Shown here piece by piece: positions 41,801-51,531 of a DNA stretch of 64,000 bases; within the stretch, counting starts at the first letter, position 1; each line of letters opens with the position of its first letter. Both the position numbers and the translations under genes were made by a program. The stretch comes from Ophelia neglecta. Lineage: Eukaryota. The stretch lies in assembly GCA_965285935.1 (NCBI GenBank), contig OZ260667.1, positions 10,106,001-10,170,000 on the forward strand, written 5' to 3'. The notes under the pieces are model-generated. The model saw only the letters and a program-made list of their open reading frames with translations. It searched no databases and was not told the origin of the DNA.

Positions 41801-42969
41801 AGTGATTTTTTTTTTACTTTTTATTTGAAGGACATTCTAGTGTTAATTAAAAGTCTGCACCCTTGCACAACGAATAAAAGGGCAGAATATTCTGCAGTAG
41901 GGCAAAAGAACATACCATGTGTCTTGTAAAATGGCCAAAATAACTGATGTAGGTTAGACATTAGGATTAAGGCATTGGCGTGCAAGAGAGCAAATAATTC
42001 TATTTGGCAATGGGTATAACAAACTGTTGAACCGTTTTTTTTTATTCACTGCCTATTTTTTTACGGATGACAACGACGCACCTCAGGATGAGAGAGGCAA
42101 ACGCTAACAACATCGGCCAGGTCTTGAGAGCAGGTAATTATACGATAAGATCCATTAAATAAAACATTGACTTGTGACTTAGTTCAGATTTATGGGAGTG
42201 ACAGCATCACATTTGTTCGACTATAACACAATTCAAAAGCGACATTGAATACCCGACAGAAAAAGCATATTCATAAATAGTCTATTAAATCGATACCTCC
42301 AAGAACCACTAGCCACTGGCCAACATATATCAATCCTCAGTTCCCAGCAGTAAATAAATATAGAACGCAATTAAAAAAACCCTGAAACGTCAGTCATAAA
42401 AGATTGCCAGAGCTTTAAAGAAAATCTACATAAAACGACAGTATAGACCATCACGATTTGTCCAATCTAGGTATAACGCGATATTTCAAATGTTTAAAGC
42501 AAACATCTGATTAGCTCTATTTGGTGGTGATATCTTACCTTGTAAACAATTCGAGTCCCAGACGGCTGATGTCGCTTTGAATGACTGCCCATGTATCCAC
42601 CACGATGGCCAGCTGGCGGTCACTAAGACACGGCCGATTGGCTCTAAGCTGCTCCAGCTCCTGGTGTCTGATGTCCAGGGTGGTGGGCAGTCCATCGTCC
42701 ACCAGCCTCTTCCTTTTGAAGGGCTGGAGGAAGTTACCACAGGGTGTGCCGTGCTTGGGGCTGCGACTAGGAGTGGTCGCTTTAGGGGAGCTTGAGCCCG
42801 GAACCCACTGCTCCATGGGTTCATGGAGAGGCGAGATGGGATAAGCCGAGGCCCGCAGGGAGGAGGGTATGTTCCGGGAGGATAGGAAGTCCCGTGGGGG
42901 GCCAGGGCGGCCGCCCCGCCCGCCGTCGTCCATTGGGTGAAGCCCTTGGGTGGACTCGCCTGCGCCCAT
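35767..42969 (-). CDS. Spliced globin gene (neuroglobin/globin-X-like, putatively N-myristoylated), join(complement 42539..42969, 36469..36694, 35767..35898), 262 aa
   Basis: Three exons (431+226+132 = 789 nt) join in frame with canonical GT/AG sites. The product has globin helices A-H: LSDRQLAIVVDTW (A), GLELFTRLFETYP (B/C), Phe CD1 (F156), distal His E7 (ELRAHGKRV, H176), proximal His F8 (LGRKH, H208), and G/H helices ILGQQFLFAIEPVL..WNPEVEEAW. Introns fall at the conserved globin positions B12.2 and G7.0. Confidence 0.93.
36469..36694 (-). CDS. Globin coding exon 2 (B-G helices, heme pocket)
   Basis: Acceptor TTTTGTAG|A, donor GAC|GTAAGC. Encodes LFETYPDVKGAFGPF...LRAHGKRV...LHELGRKH...VEYLD. 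Confidence 0.95.
40450..41400 (+). mobile_element. Highly decayed LINE RT fragment in globin intron 1 (antisense to the gene)
   Basis: Ordered remnants: QYG (~40553), GVVAVDFYKA-DKV (~40710-40750), MLPQGTT (~40920), and LNLFVVVITN (~41165, like K-LLGV-IS). Possibly CR1/Zenon-like. Confidence 0.45.
42539..42969 (-). CDS. Globin coding exon 1 (N-terminal extension plus A/B helices)
   Basis: ORF MGAGES...LGLELFT-R ends at donor AG|GTAAGA (phase 2, B12.2). An in-frame TAA 60 nt upstream (43030-43032) fixes this ATG as the N-terminus. Confidence 0.9.
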
Positions 42970-43050
42970 AACTGGGCAGGAATTAAGACTGCTGAACGTT
43001 TCCCGGGCAAAAGTTATATCACAGATAGTTTACGGCGTAATAATACCTCC

Positions 43051-43360
43051 CCTGTAAAGTAAAAAGTAGTACCTCTGTGAGTTATAAGCACAGGTATAAC
43101 ATACATGGGTCAGATTCAACGCTCTGAGCTTGTGAAACAACCAACTAGACGCGCGATGAGGCTCAATGACAACTGTCCGTGGAGAGTTTAACCGAGGACT
43201 GGTAGGGTGAGCCGCAACAGAGCCTAGCCTAAAACACCATCGGACCAGCCGCCTCGCGCTCGCTGCCTCGCCGTCTCGCTCTCCGGCTCTCTCTTTCCGC
43301 ATCCCTCTCGCTTCCTTGCGCTTTCCGCCTCAATCATTGGCGCTATAATGTGGGGGTACC
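43051..43360 (-). promoter_or_regulatory. GC/CpG-rich putative promoter / 5'UTR region of the globin gene
   Basis: Local CpG- and purine-rich tract (43240-43330) immediately upstream of the ATG, with CCAAT at ~43335-43339 on the minus strand. A strong acceptor-like TTTTTACTTTACAG ends at 43052, so a 5'UTR intron is an alternative reading. Confidence 0.4.
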
Positions 43361-44783
43361 AAGGTACGCTGAAACAGGATATCCTCCTTCTCTCACTGCA
43401 TAATATTTCTCTGACTTTGTCTACGTCGGTGTTTAAGAGCTAACCTAGATTTTTAGACCTTTTTGAAAAGGCCAACATCGGATCTTGGCCTGCAAAGTGT
43501 GGCACAACTTCCTATGCATCTATTTTCACCATTGTACTCACACTATTTTATGATACCTGGTGATGACTGGGCGGGGGGAGGCCTTTTTGATAGTAAACAT
43601 CGCAATGTTTAAGTAATTTAGTTTGAAAAGGATAATATGAGAAGTGCTTACAAAACTAGCATTTTTATTTTTTGCAGTTTAATGAACTAATGAACCATAT
43701 ACGGTGCTTTGGATGAATAGTCTCGTAAACTGATAACTGAGAGATAAGATGATTTATTAGACGATTAGACAATTTATTATATGCTAGATTAGCCGATGCC
43801 CGAGAGATGGAACGATAACTGAGAGATTAATTGAATTATTCGTTCCGTTTTAAAATTAATACCTTTTAGTGGGTGTTAGGTAGCATCGTCTCGTATTTAC
43901 ATTATTCAAGCGATATGTGCAAGAATAAATGTGATCCTTTTTGTTTTTCACAGAACGGTGTCGCATTATTTAAAAGTATGATTTGACCTAGAGAAACTAC
44001 TTGTCATATTGACGAACGCCTATATGACCTTTATGACGTTTATGATTTTGGAAGTCCCTGTATGCCTCGCGATCTTTTCAACGTTAAAAACCATTATGGG
44101 GTTCTTCGCTTAAATTTATTCCCAATTAAGGTGATGAACGAGGCAAAGCATGATGTATAAATTCTGAATTGGCTAAAGTCTTCAGTTTTCATAGGTTTAA
44201 CGCCAACAAAAGAACGCACTATGAGTTGAACGTGTACTCGTTATAGAGATAACAGTGTCGGGTTCAGTGCTCTTAGATAACTTGGAGCTCTTCACACTGT
44301 CATAGAAATTGCTTCCTCCTCATTTCCTCTGGGTATGTTATGGCGTCTTTCTTATTTATGATTAGTTTGCGATTGAAGTGGCTTGGCTGCCTCCCCCCGT
44401 CTTGGGTCGAGGCTAGTTATTTACTCACCTTAGGAAAGCCTCCGTCATTAAATATATGCATTGTGTTACTAATAGAAATAAGTGGGATAGCTATCTAGAG
44501 CGGTTCATGGACACTGGCCATAGACATATGGTGTTCAAACACCATTGTACCGACTTTTTTGTATCTATTTTAGGCATTAAGCATTCTGCCTACGCGGAAT
44601 TAGCTGTCTTACGCCGGAATCTCAAAATGCGCGAAAAATCTCAACCTTACCCTATATTTTAGTCACATTTCCGTCCATTAAACCAAGAAAACCAGACTGA
44701 GAAGCAGGCTATACACGAATAGACTTGAAAATAGTCTATAGAGGATAGCGTAGTCCTTAGGTTTTACCATTTCCCTTAATATA

Positions 44784-44994
44784 CAGGGGCGGATCCAGGA
44801 ATTTCCAGGGGGTTGGGTGCCACTCCATGCATGTGGAGGAATGTGAAAGCGGGGGGGGGGGGGGCGGGAGGGGGGTGGCCACAAGAGTTACATACTAACG
44901 TCTAGTCGCATATGTGCTTATGTTTTGGGCGCCTGTTGGGGGTAGGGGGGGGGGGCAGGCCCCCTGCCACCCCTACCCCGTGGATTCGCCCCTG
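44784..44994. mobile_element. hAT-like MITE
   Basis: TIRs CAGGGGCGGATCCA ... TGGATTCGCCCCTG (13/14 match) with G-rich interior. The 8-bp TSD is degenerate (TTAATATA/ATATAATA). Confidence 0.65.
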
Positions 44995-45799
44995 ATATAA
45001 TACCTTTTGACGGAAATTCATTATTCGCCCTACATAAAACCGGATTATTAAACAACCCAATTAGTAGCATGCCTTGTCTAAGGTATAATTACGGATAAAG
45101 AAGCTTTGTCTTGTTTACGGCATAAGGTGACAATCAGCACTCCAAGTGTTGTCTCTTTAAGTGCAAAATGTGAATGATATCAAAGTTTTCACACGACAAC
45201 CCTGCCTTCCCCATTAGAGCGGGTGAGAGTTAGGGGTATATCCGATCCTCGAGAACAGCTTTTTAATTATTCTAGAATTTTTGTCCGTGATTCGAGATCA
45301 GTGATTTTAATTTAATGTGACCTGGGAATGTTCTGTTTAACTTCCTGCGATTAGGGAATCACTATTTCACTTTAATGAAAGAGCATGCAGGAAAGAGCTT
45401 CTACCTTATTGCATGAAAACCCTGGTTTAAAGATTAGTGATTTGCCTATTTCATAAAATGGTTACTGGGAATAGGGACCCCTACCCTTCACTCACTTGTC
45501 ATTAATTGTGCTCCCTAACTGCGCTAAGCGATTGGTTTTCTGAATTTGCGCTAAATTTATTTAAAGCCAAAGCTTGAGGGCAGTAAATCGACCCACGCAG
45601 ACAACTGGTCCAGGTGCCCAGCGCTCATTGAACTGACGTCATCCGTAGTCTAACGGCTGTCGTCTGCCTCAATCGTGTGGTCTCGGTTAAGATAAAAACA
45701 GGAGTAGGTACCCGGCAAAGAAAGCAAACTCGTCAGGAATATTTCATTTATTTGGTCCGAAATCATGAGGAACCATTAGCTGCATACTGACAGAAAATT

Positions 45800-45943
45800 T
45801 AACCTAAAGTTATATATATGACCGCCCAAGGGACTGAAAAATATTGATCTGATGATAAAGGTGTTTACACAGGTAATTATACATTGAAATTGCACCTCTT
45901 TAGCGATGTGCATCGACAGGTGAACTTTGAGGCAGGTTTCAAT
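45800..45943. mobile_element. Decayed copy of the Tc1/mariner-like MITE
   Basis: GACCGCCCAAGGGACTGAAAAATATTGATCT versus GACCACCAAAGAGACTGGAAAATGCTGGTCT at 10910. Ends in CAGGTTTCA. Confidence 0.4.
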
Positions 45944-46639
45944 TCACGTAATTACTGGGGTAAAATAAGAATGAAAACAATAACCTATAATACTATATTG
46001 TCCCTGGCTTAAGGCTTGGGCCTATCTTGAACGCAAGACAGTTATTGAGAAAATTATAATATGACCCGTGTATTAGGAGTTCTTAATGCAAATAGCTGAC
46101 AGGAATGTACAAACCCAGAAACTCATTGAGGCATTTATGCTCTTCACGTTCCTGGCTTGCAGCTCGAGGCCGGCGATGCTCCTCGGGGATTACTCTATTC
46201 AGAAATAGCTGCGTTAGGGAAATGAATGGAACGCTATTAAGGCCAACTACCGATTTAAAAATACTTACAGATTGCGACTAAACTCTACTGGCTCCCACTT
46301 GCGCCTTAGGGATCGGGAGGTGAATGTAACAGCCACAATATGTCGAAGGCCTAGTAGTCAGACCTCAACTCTTACAATGCTTCGAACTACGGACCCGGTT
46401 GGCCCTTTATACTCCGTATTGCTGCATAGAAGTGTTAGTCTGTATATAATAGACATTCCCTCTGATTGGGTGAAAACGCCATGAGCTGTATAGTGAATTC
46501 ATCTCTCAATACAAGTAGGCTCCATGGGTCAATGCACTGATGGGAAAAGCTCATAAGCAGCGGAATCACATTCCATATATTAAAGCTGAATCATTTGTAT
46601 AACACGCAATTTGAATACATTGTTCATATAAATTCTGCA

Positions 46640-46780
46640 GGGCCCAGTTTCTGGAAGCGGTATTCCCTTTTGAGATTAGATTACCTAATTTCGGTTTAGG
46701 TAGACCGCAAAAATCGGTGTTTTCATTGACCAGAGCCAAGTTAAAAGATTGAAAAGGTTTAATACCAAACCAAGCTTTCA
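46640..46780. mobile_element. Partial Harbinger-like MITE end
   Basis: GGGCCCAGTTTCTGGAAGCGGT matches the TIR of 13977-14210. Confidence 0.35.
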
Positions 46781-47924
46781 AAAAAGTTAAAAATTGGTAT
46801 GAATAAAAGCTAACAAATGCAAGGGTACGAGTAAATAAAAGGGTTGAAAACCATGTTATTCACACGTTTCCCTTTATACAGCTTACAACTATCTGCAAGG
46901 CTCACATTAGTAGCTACAATGGAGACAGATAAAAAAAAAGTCGTGGTAAGATGAGAGACGCAAATTAATCAATAGCTCAGCTTTGGTGTCAAAACAACAT
47001 TTATATGCCTAAAAGCCTGATTGGATAAGTACTGGATCTTGTTTAGAACTTTTTTATTATTAAAGACCCTTTACAGTGCAGTGAGGATTGGTTTAACTAT
47101 ATAAAAATTAATGTAAAAGGACACTGTGGCATAAGGTTAATGGGAAGTGCTATGTAAAATGGGCATAACGTTTTACGACTGTGCCGATATACATATACAC
47201 ATAGCGGGCGTCATAGTGCAATGGCCCCTTGAATGCTTTCATGCTGGATGAGGGCGAATCAGTATATAAAAGAGATTGGGGGATTAAAACCTTAGTCAGA
47301 CTAAGTGATTGAGAATACCTTGAAAGCCTTTTGACTGCTCATTTTCTTTGTCATCGCGAAAAAATAAAGCCGGTATAACTGCTCTTTCATTGTTGTTCGG
47401 CTACTTAAAATATTCCACTTAATATGCACCTCGTTCCTTTCGAGGGATTGCTTTCTTAAAGCTTTACGAAGAGGAAACGAAACAGCCGACTTGTTTTAAA
47501 TGCCAATCACTTGGAGAATCAGCTTCATCTGGTTTAGCAATCATAGTTCGGCTGTGATCAAGCATACAGTTTGGTATCTGTTGAAGGCTAGACGTTCAGT
47601 GGACGTGAAATGTCTTATTGATCAACAACAACTGAATGGCACATCATGATAGTATGTATGTGATACAGAATAGCTCTTCACGCCCAGATTAGTAATCATA
47701 ACAAGCCTTGACCAATGAGTGAACAACGCCCAGATCCATAAGTTAATAACGCTCAGGTCAATTACTCTTATTCATGGACGATTAAATACTAGCAATGTGA
47801 TCTGGATTCTACCAAAGTAAAACAATGCAGGGTAAACAAGAGCATGCAAAGTAGACCTTTATTTGATTATTTGTGCCGCTTTCTTCTCTACTACCTGGGC
47901 CATAATAAAGACCAAAAACAATAA

Positions 47925-48280
47925 AATCGCCCCCTGGGCTGATAAACATACTGACCATACACCATCAACCCGACCCTTAGACTGATAAACAAACTGACCA
48001 TACACCATCAGCCCGACCCTTAGACTGATAAACAAACTGACCATACACCATCAGCCCGACCCTTAGACTGATAAACAAACTGACCATACACCATCAGGCC
48101 GACCCTTAGACTGATAAACAAACTGACCATACACCATCAAGTCCCCCCTTAGACTGATAAACAAACTGACCATACACCATGAAGTCGCCCCTGAGACTAA
48201 TTAGCATTCCGATTATTTACCATTAACTCGCCCCGAAAAATTATAAACATACCGACTATATACCATTAACACGCCCCTAT
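47925..48280. repeat. 43-bp minisatellite
   Basis: Unit GACTGATAAACAAACTGACCATACACCATCAGCCCGACCCTTA. Six well-conserved contiguous copies (47937-48195) plus about two decayed copies. Confidence 0.92.
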
Positions 48281-49869
48281 ATAATAGACATACCGAGCCA
48301 CAGTTTTTATTTTCTACCCTTCAACATTTTAGTCAACAGGATAAAAGTTGGGAGTACCTGTCACTAAACTAATGTATGTGTCCAAATCTGTAAGATTTAT
48401 AGAATTCAAACTAATGAATTATCTCTGAGCTAAAATTGAACTTAATTGTACAAACGTTTTTTTTTTAAAGGATGTTCAAAGAGCACCTTTTGCGTTATGC
48501 TGCATCATTTACTTAAAGAAGAATTACTTTCAATATATCAATCTAATCAGTTGATCTATCTGTCATGATCCCTTTTTTCTTTGTATTTCCATGTTTATTT
48601 TACCTTTTTGTATTATTTATTTGTTTTTAAATACAATAGCAATGTGATCTGGATCCTACCAAAGTAAAACAATGCAGGGTGAAAAAATAGCATGCAAAAT
48701 AAAACATAATTTGAACAATATATCTGTCATGTTTCCTCTTTTCTTTATATTTCCATGTTTATTTTACCTTTTCGTATTATTTATTTGGCAATGACATATC
48801 GTGTTAATACGGACGGGTTGTATATTCCACTTGGAATATGTTCCTTTTGGCTCAGTTTGAGTGACAGGTAACATATCTTTCTATTATTTAGCTGCTTGTT
48901 GTTTCTGTAATTTTGTTCTGTCTTATTGCAAACTCAAGGGTCAATAAACAAATTTGCCTTGAAATTTGCTTTGAAAATATTGAATTTAACAAAAGTACAA
49001 GCATCATATACTTAGGCCCACAACCCATGTATTCTTTCATCAGTTTTGAGTGGATAAAGAATGTCGTCGCTTTATCAGTAATATTAATCACTTTGACATT
49101 AAACCTGCTCAAGCTAATGGTTGTCAAGGTTTCCAATATGCTTTAGACACTCCGTGATCTTGTTACCTGCTTAGCTCATTTGTGACAGCTAAAAAGGAAC
49201 TCATCCAGTAGGAGGGCTTTTTGAATCGTGCGATGAAGAAGGATTTTTTTCTATAATACGTTACCGTGTTCTTTATTCACGATTTTGTCGTTATTAAGAC
49301 TTAGTGGTATCTGGAAATAGTTATGGACTTAAGGTTCTAGGAATATAAACTGAATTCATTCATTTAAACGAATTTCCCTTCCATTAGTACGTTCTTTGAC
49401 ACTGAACAGTTCTTTTATTTGTGCTAGTAGCCATTTATTTTTTCAATCGCGATATGTATAAATTATCGCTGATCATAAATAACCTTTTGCTACACAATTA
49501 CAGATCACTACTGCATTTACTCTGTTTTAAGCCGGGCACTTTTTTTAATTCCTCGCAGTTAAAAGCTTATTCCGAGAACAACTTGCACGGATGAAGCCTA
49601 CAAACTGCATGGGAGACATTGTGGCTTAGAAAAAGGCTTAATCCTGCCCGAAAGGTAGCCAGCTTGTGTGCGGTTTTTATACCCTGTATTATGTAACTAC
49701 CATATATACGCATATACGCATATAAAGGCAGAGGTTCTTGCGCGCAAGAAAATACCATATCGCCAAATGCATGCTAATTTCTTGCATGCCAAACCTTTCT
49801 ATGTGCAAATTTACTTTCCCTTGCTCGTAAAAGCTATTTACACATTTTAACTGTAAATGTTCACCTAGT

Positions 49870-51250
49870 CCACAGTATACAATGTGGCCCACTGCCATAC
49901 TTTTGTGTATAACGGGAGCCCCCTTTGATGGTTCTTTGTCTCGCTAGTTGATCCCATTATGACGAAAGCCCCTTTTGGGTTTTTTCTGCTAGTCATTATC
50001 ATTTTTATTATTTTGTATGAAAGGAGCCACTTTGATGAGGCTTTGTCTCGCCAGTTGATGCCATTATATTCCAATTTGAGGTGTAATGATGTTCTTGAAA
50101 TACACACATCCATATTCTATTTTGAAAGCAAAGCCGTATTTAGTCAGCTGTCGGTTTTTGAAGTTGGCTTTCTTTCTGTCTTTGCTCAGGGTGATTTCAG
50201 AAATATAGGCCAGTGAAATCTCCCCCTGGAGTCTTATTTATTTGATATAATACATATATAGTGCTTTGAGTCTCTCTTATTTGCGGAAATGTGCGTATTT
50301 GATGCATATAATAGACATTCGGAAATGTTCGGACTGGATTTTCTCTCTCGTCTCAGCATTGGTTGTACTTCCTGTAAGGCGGATCTCACTAAAAAGCCTC
50401 TTATAGTAGATTAATTCATCGCCCAAATCAAATCAGGCTTCGATATAACTTGGGTTGTGATAGTTGCAATAGTTAATATATTTCACTTAAGGAAATACGT
50501 TGTTTTGGTTCTAAGTATCGCTCATTTCTTGTACACTTACTTCAAAATATACTCCCCTTTGCCCTGCTGTGTCACTGCTCTGCTGAATGGACAATTGGTG
50601 CACTGTTTACTCTTTGAAGAAAAAGTACCATGGATTTTTTGCGTGCTTCAAGGCTAAGCAGGCCCATTTGGTTCCTTGTGTTACATAATAAAACTCGATT
50701 TACTCTTCCCCAGCCAATTTAAACGGTTGTTTGGCTGACGCCAGACATAGCACATAGATTACCAAATGTATAATTAGAACGAGTCTTTGTATGAATGATG
50801 GGAAAAGTGCGCATCCTGAAAAAGGAGGCTACACTGCAGAAAGGAAACATTTGCCTTCCTGTAAATCATTTTCATGGTTCTGGGAATTAGTCGAAGGGTC
50901 CCTTTTTCGGAAAGTGATGCTTTGCGAATGAGCAAAACCTGGACCCTTTTCGAAGTAAAAGAGGGTTCCATCTTCTGTTTACATTTTATATCATATTAAA
51001 AGGTGTTTCCTCGTCTCACTTAATACTTTCAGCATGTTCCCAATTAGTAAAAAAGAAAGAAGCACCCCCATTTTGTTGCTGTTGTGCAGCTACGGTTGGC
51101 TAGATTGGAGCATTCTGGGTATTATCATCATGTCTTGGCGGCCGTGTAGAAACTCCAAGGAATTAACCGTCTCCATGACCCCAACTCCAGTGTTATTCAG
51201 GTTCAGGAGGTTCCTTCAGTCATCTCTGTACATCACCATTATTTGTGAGT
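49870..51250 (-). mobile_element. Decayed RT remnants upstream of the young LINE
   Basis: PPRHDD-IPRMLQ (like APGxDGI..ML), VQVLLIRK..TLRLIP (like V.LIPK..YRPI) and GINWRDK (like RTE ILGIxWxDK), in plausible order. Weak. Confidence 0.28.
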
Positions 51251-51531
51251 GACATACTTGATAACAGAGAGAACAACGACTGGTGTGATGCGCACTCTCA
51301 ACTATATTTCCGTTTTATTTTTAACTTAATCATATCGTACAAATCGCCATACTATTTACCAAAACGTTGCGACGACTGTCCAAGGTTAATGTCGGAATTG
51401 CATTAGGACAAATAGTTTAATTAGGAACGAGGGCGTGCACGACATGAAGTATACACGTATGAATAACAGACGAAAGAAATATTAACAAGAACTGGGAACC
51501 GGGAACTGCCATTATTATCTCGATCCTGGCC

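Noticed and set aside
42486-43010. 174-aa overlapping ORF and plus-strand ORFs over globin exon 1
   Set aside because: The 174-aa ORF has a non-ATG start and runs through the splice donor. None shows a recognisable domain. They are by-products of a GC-rich coding exon.
47925-48280. CRISPR-like array
   Set aside because: The units are contiguous near-identical 43-mers with no unique spacers, there are no cas genes, and the context is eukaryotic. It is a minisatellite.
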